NCBI GenBank assembly: GCA_004764695.1
Contig: SMSO01000037.1
Location: 596,747-660,746, forward strand
Direction of reading: 5' to 3'
Length of the DNA: 64,000 bases
Source of the DNA: Schizochytrium sp. TIO01
Taxonomy: Eukaryota; Protista; Bigyra: Labyrinthulomycetes
Below are positions 49,988 to 60,946 of this stretch, piece after piece. Position 1 is the first letter of the stretch. Each line of letters starts with the position of its first letter. Both the position numbers and the translations under genes were made by a program. Under the pieces are notes generated by a model that saw only the letters and a program-made list of their open reading frames with translations, did not search any database and had not been told where the DNA came from.

Positions 49988-51043
49988 TCACCAAGATGGA
50001 ACCGTCTCAGTGAGAGCTGGAATTTGGGAAAGGTGGCCCTCCAGAAACCCGCGTGCAATCTCATACACGGGTAAAACAACTGAGGCTACTGGCGCAGCAC
50101 GGACCATCGAAAACGCCAAACCACGATACAAACGGGGTATTCCACCCTCCTGAACAGTCAAAATACCTGTGCGCCATATGTTTGGAAATTGCTTGCCCGA
50201 GGCATCCTGCATCATTCTAACCTTAAGGGTGTCTATAGGATACACGCTAATCCAGCCCATCGTTCCCGCGCAGGCAGCTGCCACCATCTTGACCCGAGTC
50301 GATGTCTCAGGACGCTCACCACGGCGTAACGCACTTGCTTGTTCTGGGTTGAGCTGCCAGAGCTTCACAGACTCGTAGGTTGTCATGTAAACACCACGAC
50401 CCGCAGATTCCATGATGAGGCCGCCAAGACCTCCACGGAAAAACACGCGCGGGCCAAATCGGCCAAGCAAGTCTTTTCCACAAGCGTACAGACCTTTCGT
50501 AGTGCGAATCTGTTGTTGGGTTTTGAGGACGCCAACTGGAGTCGTCAACAAAGAAATAAAGGCACCGGCGCTTGCACTCGAAATATAAATCCGTGACAGG
50601 AATGTCTGCGTGGACATTTCTGTGCCCCTGAATTCGCCCATGTAGAGACGCTTGAAGCCCTCAAACAACGAGAAATTCACAGACTGGACCAAGCCCGTGG
50701 TCAAGAGAGGCGGTAATATACCACGATATAGAGTGCGAATTGTACCCATGCGACCCAGTGGTCCTTCACTATAAAGTGGCTTTCCAACCTGCCAACGTGT
50801 TTTGAGGGTATCGAAAGGATGGCCAACAAGAACACTGCTACCTCCAGCAAAAAGACCAGCACCAATTGGTGCTAGTACATTTGCCCATGTTCGTGGTTTA
50901 CCATCGGTGGCGCTGGGTGCACTACTGGATTCACGCTCGGCAAGTGCAGGTAAGCTTGACGATCCTAAAACATTTTCGCTGACCCCTCCAGGTGTGTTGG
51001 GAGCGGCCAACGCCTCATTATTACCCGAACCTGATGTGTACAT
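49988..51043 (-). CDS. Mitochondrial carrier family protein (SLC25; carnitine/basic amino-acid carrier-like)
   Basis: Three PxDxxKxR-type repeats (HPFDTLKTRWQ, TPVGVLKTQQQ, YPIDTLKVRMM), plus LYRGILPPL and LYRGL...RAAP. Confidence 0.93.
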   Translation of the reverse strand: MYTSGSGNNEALAAPNTPGGVSENVLGSSSLPALAERESSSAPSATDGKPRTWANVLAPIGAGLFAGGSSVLVGHPFDTLKTRWQVGKPLYSEGPLGRMGTIRTLYRGILPPLLTTGLVQSVNFSLFEGFKRLYMGEFRGTEMSTQTFLSRIYISSASAGAFISLLTTPVGVLKTQQQIRTTKGLYACGKDLLGRFGPRVFFRGGLGGLIMESAGRGVYMTTYESVKLWQLNPEQASALRRGERPETSTRVKMVAAACAGTMGWISVYPIDTLKVRMMQDASGKQFPNIWRTGILTVQEGGIPRLYRGLAFSMVRAAPVASVVLPVYEIARGFLEGHLSQIPALTETVPSW

Positions 51044-52849
51044 TGTGCTATGCTGTAAGTCTCTCGGTAGTTGCTATAATGCTATGAAGCCACAGAAAAT
51101 CTCAAAAGGCAGCACGTATAGAAACCAATGAAGAGGCGGATATGAAGAAGTAAGTCTTCAGTGATTGAGCCACGAATTCTGTTACTACCTCTTCTTCAAC
51201 TTGGTTCAAAGCCAACCGTTAAAATGAAAAACGCCGTGTAGTTTTCTTTTCTTCGACAGGCCCGTATTTTCTCAAAACCCAAGCTGATTTCTTGACCCCC
51301 GCAGAAATCTTCCTCGCAAGCTGTCGCTCTCGAGGTGTTCGTATTGTTAATAAAAGCAGCAGCGACAGTCAAGCACCAAGCAAACGAAGCCTACGCCGAG
51401 ATTACTAGAATGCCTCTTTGCACAGAGCCCCACGAAGACAACCCCGCCTGCAGCCCAGCTCCTTGGTCTGCGTCTGCAGGGCCTCTCCAAGGGCTCTTGC
51501 CACACTAAATGCGCAATGCGCAGCAACGATCTGCCCACGTAGTACTACACCAAAGTTTAAAATGCTCATTTCACAGCTTTTCCGCTCCTCTGACATAAGC
51601 TACTACCAACCCCATTATCAAAAACCCTAGTACTCAAGTACCCAGTATATAGCCCTATATACCTTCTATGCTGATGTGAGCTCCAAAAATTGCCAGAGAG
51701 GTTAAGAGGAAGACAGGTGGAAATTGGTGGTATATTTTGGCCTCTTCTCACATAAATATTCTGTTGGTGGTTTTTCTGACATGTTCGACAGTTGCTGACT
51801 GTGGGGCTGAAGGAGACTTTTCGCTTCAATTTTCAAATTCTTTATAAACTTTGTTAGTGGTTTTAAAAAGAATACACAGTGACAACACTCCTCACACTAC
51901 ACTAGAATTGATTTAGAGGATTATCACTGGTGCATCTCACAGGGTTAGGCTCGTCTATTGTAACAGCCTGGGTAGTACAAGACTATCACCAGGAATTTGC
52001 CAGCTTTCCAAAGCTGATTTACTGCGCTTGTTCAATCAATTGAAGTTGCGGGATGTAAAATATTTAGATAGAATTGAATATAAACTACTTCCTGCTTTGT
52101 AGATTTATGTTTTCTAATCTTTTTACCCGCAAAGAAAAAAAGAATTAAAAGAACCAAGTAAATTAGAGCAACCGTCTCAATGCTTTTGAGGTATGAGCAG
52201 GATATCTAGACACAGGATACAAGGCAATCGATAATAAACAACACGGAATGTCCTCATCTTTATTATCTACACCAATCGATGTTTTTTTGTTTTTTTCAGA
52301 TTTTGCTTGAAACCAGCCATAGGGCAGTAAGCTCTGATACGAAAACCCACCCAATTTCACTATCAAATGATCAGGCAATTCACAGCATCTCTTATGTTTC
52401 AATTAATAGAACTATGATACTATCTCAGCCTCATCTTAAACCCTATTTTCTAATCTTGCAGTCCGAGTAGCCTGGGCAGCATCAAAAGCTATATGCACAA
52501 AGACAGCTAGGAAGTTGAAATCGGGTTTAGCAAGTATAAAATTGGCATGAAGAAGGCTCAGATGCATCGTTTCTTTGGTTAACTTTTGAGTCAAAAAATC
52601 TTGAAGGTAGGGAGATTCTCAGAAGAACTTTGAAGGTATTTATAAATGGGGCATCACCAACCGCAAATAATAAAAGAACAAGAAAAAGACGAAATGGAGA
52701 GGTTTTGTTTTCTGCCTCTGGAGCCTACGTAGGGTTTTTTCAGTTATCTGTGGTGAGCTTGAACTTGCGACTTGTTCATTCATTTGTCGCAAGATCTCGA
52801 GCATACCGAACAAAGATTAAAAGGCTGTTCTTCCCAAATTGAAAACCGT

Positions 52850-53480
52850 TCCACCAACTCCGCGATAGTAAGCCACTACCGCTGTAAGCCTAAATCCTTG
52901 CACCTTCTGGGTTCATACACCCTCCCTTTGACCTCTAGTCCACTCCCTATGCACCCTTTGCACTATCACCCATCTCAAAGGGAGCCTCAACTAGTAATCC
53001 GGACAATCGTGCACAGGTCCCTTAACAAAGGTCCACCACCCCACCTTTTTCCCCATGGGATGATAGTACCTACCCTACTATTGTAGTATCAGTAGCTAAG
53101 ACCTACGTACTTGTAGTAGACGAAGGGAATGATCGCGCGATGGTGGTTACGGTAGGAGTCGCCTACTATGGGGTTAAGAGAGGGCGTTCGTTCCAGAATA
53201 CCCCTTGTTTAGTCTTTTAAGGGCAGGTAGTCCCTTCCGCCTTTTCGTGGGCGGCGGTTTGCGGTAGTATGGGGTTGCTGCAAGTAAGTTATAGGATGGC
53301 GATAAAGTAGGTTATAGGGAATATAAGTCACTTGGAGGGCCGTATAAGTCATAGTAGAAGAGGAGGATAGCTCAGTTGCGGTGCGAGAGGACGGCAGCGA
53401 GGCAAACTTTGTTATAAGGAGCGGCGCTGGCCGAGCGCACGCACGGCAGCGCGAGACGCGGTGCCTCGCAGAGGGCCAGG
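52850..53480. promoter_or_regulatory. Putative divergent promoter region with a C-rich to G-rich strand-skew switch
   Basis: Lies between the divergent carrier and BRE1 genes. 52921-52980 has C26/G5, 53281-53340 has G19/C5. Repeated TATAAGTCA and GTTATAGG motifs. Confidence 0.4.
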
Positions 53481-54190
53481 GACGCAGCAGCGGAAGAGAT
53501 CGCTAGGAGCTACACGAAGAAGTCGTCCCGTTGGAAACCCTGGTTCTGCCGCTACAGACGGAGCTTTTGAGCCTCCGCTATCCAGCTATCTGTTCAAATT
53601 GCTCGCCGCACAAGGTCCGTCCAGCGCTATTTTCGAACGGAAGCTGGAAACAGTGACGATTTCGTTGGACAGGGCAGGATCAAGGGCAACAGGGAGACCA
53701 CGCATTTGATTACCAAGCAGATTCTTGTTTGATCTAAGGACGCCGCGCAAGATCTGCCGAAGGTATTCGTATCGTTAGGAAGACCATCACGGTCGGCCTC
53801 GTCTAAGTTCTTAATTGTTAAATAAGGAGAGACTCCGTCGTGGTTTGTGAGAATAACTTCCAGACGATTTCTTCACTTGTGTAGCAGCGTTAAATCTTAG
53901 TTTTGATACGCAGACTCTCACTCAGGTGTGCTTGATTGGTTATACATTTGTGCGACAAGCAAAGGAAATTAGAAGCAACACGCAGATCCTAACGCCGTCA
54001 ATTCCGGAGAGTTTTTCTAGTTGTCTATTGTACGCATTATTGACTCATTGAGTTGGAAAATCAAAATCCTGTTGAATAAGCAACTCTCTTTTGGGTGCAG
54101 AGCAGTATAAGTTCTGTGTTGTTGTTGTTTTTGTTGTTGTCCTAATTGTTGATTTTCTGGTGGCAAGGTTTGCACGGAAAGTAAACCACC

Positions 54191-56747
54191 ATGAAGAGAA
54201 AGCTTCAGTCGGACGCAGGCCCGCAACAGTCCGGAGGAGGATACTGAGACCAAGAAAGCTGCAGAGACGGAAGCTGGTGAAGAGGACAGCAATAACGATA
54301 ATCATAATAAAAACAGCGGCAGCAATGGTGCCAAGGGCAAACACTCTGGCAGCAAGAAGAAGAAGAAGATGAATCCTATTGGTAAACTGCCCGACACACA
54401 GTCTACAAAGGAACAGCTTCTGCACAAAAATAGGGAGCTGGCAGTGAAAGCGCGTCGCTTGCGCGAAAAGCTGAAGGCAGCGAACCAGCATGAAAGTCAG
54501 GTCGACAGGAAAGCACAGACATTCGACTCCGCACTCAGCTGCATTACACGCGCTCTGGATACTCTATTGACCGAAGGCTTGGCGCTTCTTGGCCAAAAGC
54601 TGGACGTAAAACTTGACCCCACAAGTTCTGGTTTTGCAGACACTGACAAGGCCTCCTTAGCTGATCTTGACAAAAAGCCGAAAAACGGTGAGGAATTTGC
54701 GCGCCTTCTGCTCGCACGTCCTACCCAAAAGCTCTATGCTCGACAGGTAGCTGACGCAGTCTCAAACTTTAAGGACGAGGATGATGATGATGATGACAGT
54801 AACCCGGACCAGCGATTGCTAGACTTACCTGAGCTCGTGGACAAAGAAATAACAAGGAAAACAAAGCTCGCTATGGCTCTCCTACGCACTATCGTAGAAA
54901 AGCTCCTTGGTGTTGGTGCGAATGCTGACCGGGAGAAGGCTGTGCAAACCCTGCTTGGTACTGAGAACGGTTCTAACTGCGCGGATGCGCGCATTAAATT
55001 GCGTTCTGCAGAAGAGCGCTGCAAACTCTATGCTGACCGTGTTTTGCAACTTGAAATGCAAATCAGAAAAGCTCATAACCAAGTGGAAGACGCAGAGTTG
55101 AACCAGCGCACATGGATGCACCGCCTAGCTGCAGTCTGTACTGAATCCATTAATGAGGGTACCTTTGGTGCTACCGTAGATGCTCTTAAAGAGCGTGGTG
55201 CTATTAAATCTGATGTTGGTGGAGATACCTCAGCCAATAGGACAACAAAAGAGTCCAACCATGCAGAGAGCCAAGATGCTGCGGAGGCTGCAGCTGAAGC
55301 CAGCGAGACTGAGAAAATTGCTGCTGCGCGACTAAAGGAGATTGAGCAGATTCAAGAGGAAAAGAGTAAACTGATTGACGAATTGGAGAACCTCAGGGCT
55401 GCGGTGCAGGTCAACCCAGAGCTGCAAGCTATACGTAACGGAACAACTCCAGATCCACGCATTATGGAAGAGCTTCAAAAGGAAGTTCACCGTCTGCAGT
55501 CGCATTTGGATCAGACAATTGAAGCTGAGAGAAAGGAACGCGAGATGGTACAGACTATGCGACAAAATATGGCGAGTCTGGAAATGACCACTGCACAAAC
55601 ACTCGCCCAGCGCACAGATGACTTTGCTCTCAAGGTTAGGGAACTTGAAGAACAGCTTGTGTTCCAGCGTGGTGAACTTCAACAAGCTCAGGTGGAACAT
55701 GAAAGGCTTGAGCTCCTTGAGAAGCAGCTTCACGAATACAAACTTATCGCGCAAACACGCCAAACAGAACTTAAAGCAGCCCAAGATGAGCTCAGAGTTC
55801 TGCGGGAAAACCCCGTGGCAAAGTATGATGAGACGCTCCGCTCACGTCTCGAGGAGGCCGCCAAGGGACAGTGGCCTGAGGACGAGGAAAAACGAACCGC
55901 GGCTCAACTTCGCACGGAACTCGAAGCATCGCGTGCAGAACTTACTACCACAAAGGAAAGTCTGGCGACTGTACTTCAGGACCTCGAAGCTACAACTAGT
56001 GCCTTCCCAGAAATCGAGGCTCAAAAGGAGCGCATCTTGCACGAAATTAAAGCGATGCAGGAAGCTTCGGCCGAAAAAAGCAATCGATTTATTCGCTTGG
56101 ACGAGGAGTACGAGCGAGCGAAGAAAGACCTGCGCCTTAAAGTTAAGGAGCGGGACGAAATTCGCCGCGCCCTCGAAGAATTTGACGAGCAATACAGGAT
56201 TCTTCAGGAGCAATACGACGCCACTGAGGAAGCGCGTGTGCGCTCCGATGAGCATTCGAGAACAACATACGCCATCTACCTCGAGCTGGCACATGATCGA
56301 GAGGCAATTAAGAATCGCCTGGATGATGTAGAAGCAGAGTCTAATGGTCTTCGCACCAAGATTCAAGAGCTTGAGAATGCGAATGTAGGCTTTCGCAAGG
56401 CCAAGGAGGAGGCCGAACATTTATATCGGAGGAGTTCAGAGCAGATTAAAAAACTCAAGAGTCGTCTCGAGCGCTCAAGAAGTATTCCGTCTATGGATCC
56501 TTCAGATCTCAAGTCTGACGTGGAGCTTCGTCTTTCGGCGATGGAGAACGCTCTACGTTGCCCACTTCGTTCAGAGTATTGGCGGGATGCCGTCATTAAC
56601 AAGTGTGGTCATACGTTTTCAAAGAAGGCTCTGTACGACAACCTCGAGAAGCGCAACCGCAAATGTCCTCATTGCAAGGCGTTGTATAACAAGTCCGATG
56701 TCCTCGACATGATTCCTCCTTATCAGAAAAACGATTATGACGATTGA
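54191..56747 (+). CDS. BRE1: BRE1-like E3 ubiquitin ligase (long coiled coil plus C-terminal degenerate RING); probable true start 54191 requires a +1 frame change, otherwise start 54369
   Basis: Coiled coil throughout. C-terminus LRCPLRSEYWRDAVINKCGHTFSKKALYDNLEKRNRKCPHCKALYNKSDV matches the BRE1 pattern (DAV..KC.H.F...R.RKCP.C...F...D). Confidence 0.8.
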
Positions 56748-59700
56748 TCATCATATTGTGCTGCTAAGAGTTTTGCTAATTCACCGATCACCGCGTGGGC
56801 TGACGCTGGTGGACCTTCATCAAGGTCTAATTCACTTGAAGTTCTTCTTGTATCAACTCCCATTTTACAAAATAATGGATGTTCGTTTGCATAGCTTTCA
56901 GCATCGCCAATGTTATCCTTGATATTGATGCCAACTGGCTCGTTGTTCGGTGTTCTATTCTCGCCTATATGGTCAAGTTCTCGGGGCCGACCTATGATGG
57001 GGTCTTTGTCATTACTTCCCGTTTTCTTGCCCTCAATCTTTGTATTTTCTTCTTGTCTATCCCCCTTCTTCTCCTCTTGTTGATTCTTCCCTTGTGTGCG
57101 CACCACGCGTTCTGGGGCAAGGTCTGCCTGTCGATGCGTCAGCACGTTTCCAAGTTCGCCCAACATATTGTTCGCAAGTGCCGCGATTCGTTGGTTTTCA
57201 TCCATTGCACTCTCTAATAGCCCTGAAGCCTTGGATTTCTTGCGGCGTTGGTATGGTTCGGGCTCTTCTACAAATCCTTGGTAAACATCTGTAAATTTTG
57301 AAATTGCAAGCAGAGCTCCTTGGTTAGATTCCCCGTCTCCATCGCGTATATCCCTATCATTTTCGCTCCGTGCGTCATGTCCATCATCACTACCCTCCTC
57401 ACCATCAGCCTCATCATTGCCGTCACTTGTGGAACGTGGTCGGAGGTGTTTCGCATCTTCATCTCCTTGAAGGATATTGAATGCAAGATTAAGTCGTTGA
57501 AGAGTTGAAGGGGCATTTTGTTGCAGACTAGTAATGTTCATCGCTAATTCTTCAAGATTGCTTTTGGTATCACGATTCCTCCCAGGTTGAAGATCTTTCG
57601 CCTGCTGCTCACAAACCCACAAGCTTGTGTCCAAATGGGCAAGATGCTGCCTCAAGGCATTTAATTCTGTGCGAAACACATTTAGAACCTGCATTTCTGT
57701 TTTGGACCACTTTTGTATTCTTGCGGCACCGTTCGTCACTGCATCAGACGTGGCATTTTCCTCTTGCACAATTGTGGTGGCACAAAATTGCCGAGTCTCT
57801 AAACGTAGAGTCTGTACCAAGGCAAGGCAGTCGTCCATAGAAATGTTCGACTTTGCAAAGCGAGCACGAGCTCGCACCATTGAACGCGTGGCCTTTTCTA
57901 GGTCGGAGATCAGAGGAATGGCACTTGGTTCGTCAACTGCTAAGTGGTCTGGTTGTTGGGGGTTTTGAAAAGCCCGAGCTATACGCAACAAACTTGTTAA
58001 GATATGAGTACGAAGCTTTGGTACTTCTAGTTTTCTTCGTAGCTCAGAATTACGAAGGCACTCATTACGCTCAATACGGCCAATCGGAGGCGCAAGACTT
58101 CGAAGAGTAAATCCTCTACGCAGCAGCTCACGTCGCTTGATGGCACGAAGAGCGCGAGCCATTTCGATTTCATAGGCTTGACAGGCAACTGCAAGAGTCT
58201 CCCCGGGCACCCCAAACCAAGTTTGCAAAAGCTCCTGGGTTTCATTATTTTGAAGACTTGCGGCAATCATAGCCATCGCAAGCGATGCACTGATAAAATC
58301 CCAAGATCCAAGGAAATAAAGCACTGTTGTTGCCAGTGCCCAGCGGCAAAGAATGACAGCAACATGAGTCTCTCGATAAGCAAGAGCATGAAAACTCAGT
58401 TCTTTAGTTGCCGGACAGGCACGTGGTTCAAACATCCATGATGGCATCGGGGTTAGGTTCAGTTTAGGAAGAGGCGTGGTGGCGCTGTCTTCGCAAGCTG
58501 CAAGCGGCTCGGGTAATGCCTTTACTTCATGCTGGTTTTCTGAGGTTTGTTCAGACGGTTCTAAATTGTCGGCAGCAAATCCTTGAAATTGGGAAAACTC
58601 ATCAGCTAATGATTCGTAGACTGCGCCTTCATCTTCGCCCGTCTCTTGAAGATGTTTGGCCAACTGAGACCATGGAAGTATCACAGAGTCCGTCATTCTA
58701 TAGGAAGGTTCACTGGATATTGCCAACCTCGTTTGCTTTTGCTCTATAAGGCTCGAACTAGACTTTCCAGTAGGCTCTTGTTTGTCACTTTCCGAAGGAT
58801 TGCTACTTGGTTCTTTCGTATCTTGGCACTCTGTAGACGCAGCTGATTGCTGTCTGGGAGGGAATTGTTCTTCGTCCTTTCCTTCGCGAAGTTGCTCTGA
58901 CTTCTTTTGTCCCTGAAAAGGGTTCTGAGAATCATCACCATTACCATCACCATCGCCTCCCTTCTCCGAGCCCAAGTTCCGCTTGTCCTTTGCAGTCATT
59001 TTTTCACCCTTTGCGCATACAGATCCGCCATAAATGACATCATTACGTCCAGCAAAATCTAATTTAGCTCGATGAACCCGTGAAGCGTCTTTAGCAACGA
59101 GGTACTTCAGGAATTCCCCGTGCTTTCGCACATGCGACCGTGTAGGAAACAAGTTAGGAAAAACACAGCAAGGAACAGTAGCGAAAGGCTTGTTGAGCTC
59201 AAGGCCCCAGTCTACAATAGCCTCAGTAGCCTGATCTGAGTGCATACCCACAATTGCAGAGCAGTTCTTGAGGGCCTCCTCAAGGCCACTGTGCTCAACA
59301 GGAACCGGCTGTAGAGGATCGTTTACATAAGTCTCTGGATTGCATTCGACAGCCTTTTCCAGAGGATACCAGAACCATGTTCTAATATGCTTTGGAAATG
59401 GTATTGTAACGTGTTTAGGAGAAGATGGTTTTGTTGCCTTTGTGCTTTGACGCTGTGCGAGGCGGTGCAGAAGGGAGCGTGTGATATGACGAAGCATGTT
59501 AGGCACATCCATAGGGCGAGGATCAACAATTGTCGTTGGAATGCCAGCATGAATGAGAAGCTTAAGAGCTAGGTCCCCCTTTCCACCTGCCACGTCAAGA
59601 ACTCCCCCACCACTGCGGAGATTCTCCAGGCCATATGTTTCTTCAAGCCACTCGCGGTAGACTGTGAAGCGACTAGTTGTAGGTGCTCTTGCCGAGCCTC

Positions 59701-60534
59701 TACAATGTTTCATCGTAATCAATTCGTTAGCATCTCTTGTCCAAGCCCTCTACTCATTTTTTTGCGATATGAAAACCAGACTGCTAGTTTTTATGATGTA
59801 TATACTTACCCCCACCCCGTACGCTTCAATAGCGCAATGTTTGTCTCTGCACTTGTTAGGTTCGCTTCCATGGCGACAGTAGCCTTTGAATCTTCAGGAT
59901 TAAGATTGGAAACAGCGCAAGTTTTTTGTGTTGATACTTCTGCAGATTCTTGTTTTACAACTATATTGACTTGCGCACCTTTGGGTTTGAAGCGAACCAT
60001 CGCGACACGCCCAGCTCGTTTAAGCGCTCTCGCAAGTTTCCATGCCATTTCTTCACAGGCACTATTGTCGTCTAAGTCAATTCCCAGATCTTCGGAGCCT
60101 GGAATCGCGAGTGTCAGGACCTGCTCACCACAGCTCACCGCAAGATCTTGAACTTCTTGCTCTACATCTTCCCATGTGGCCTCTGGGCCGCTATGCCCTT
60201 CTTGATGTTGTCTTGGTACTTCAACCTGGCCATTCTCGAAGCTGTCTTGCGCCTCGTCATGAATACCAGCAGCGCTATTATTTCCTTCAGAAGAGCCCCC
60301 CACAAACACAACAGCTTTGCGATCCTTTATTGCTAAAGCAATGCCCTTCAATGTTGCCGAGACATCCTTCTCGAGAAGAACGTCTGCTACACAGAAGTTA
60401 TCTGCTTTCCTTACTTCAAGGTCTCCAAGGTACTGGCGTTTTGGGTCTCCGCCATCCTCACCTTCACTTTGCGTCAAGCCGACAGCTTTGAGCACATACT
60501 GAAGATCCTCAAGCCCCGATGCGAGCACCTTCAT
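56735..60534 (-). CDS. Two-exon gene (~1229 aa): unknown N-terminal domain, class I SAM-methyltransferase-like domain, vezatin-like membrane/coiled-coil region
   Basis: Exons 60534-59810 and 59699-56735 join in frame (TGG GG/A GGC). MTase motifs VLDVAGGKGDL, IVGMHSDQATEAIVD, PFATVPCCVF. A hydrophobic segment is followed by ALRAIKRRELLRRGFTLRSLAPPIGRIE, which is vezatin-like. Confidence 0.72.
59700..59809 (-). other. 110-nt spliceosomal intron
   Basis: Donor GG|GTAAGT, branch point GCTAAC, acceptor TTGTAG|. Removing it fuses the 242-aa and 995-aa ORFs in frame. Confidence 0.88.
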
Positions 60535-60946
60535 TGCCTATCAGCCACGCCTTGAGTCGGTTGTCTCGCTGTCACTGCGCAAAGAGTTTGCCACTCCACG
60601 ATACAATGTGATCGCTGTGAATGGTATCGAGCAAAGTATTTTTTAACTTTGAAGAAAATCATGATAAAAAATTGTGGACACATTTCTTCGTCTGCAAATT
60701 CGAGAAAACAACAAAGCAGCAAGCTAAGCACGCAACGCGCGTCAACGTGGCAGGTCCATCCTCTTTGACACAACTGCGAATTCATCTATTGGTCGAATTA
60801 ATTGTGTTGGCGCAAAATTTGACACAAGTAAAATGTTTTCTCCGATTGTTTGAACACTGGAAATAACATATAAAGAAGAGAAATGAATGACTCGAAATGA
60901 AGGGGCTTGGAGAGACCAATTGGAGCAAACCTAAAACCTGTTTACG

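Noticed and set aside
53362-53430. GGATAGCTCAGTTG resembling a tRNA 5' end / A box
   Set aside because: No T-arm (GTTCRA) or cloverleaf can be built.
8227-56747. Functional clustering (Fpg/UBE2T/BRE1 for DNA repair; 5-phosphatase/Vtc1/TLDc for vacuole and phosphate)
   Set aside because: The genes are dispersed, differently oriented and interleaved with unrelated housekeeping genes, so there is no evidence of a cluster.
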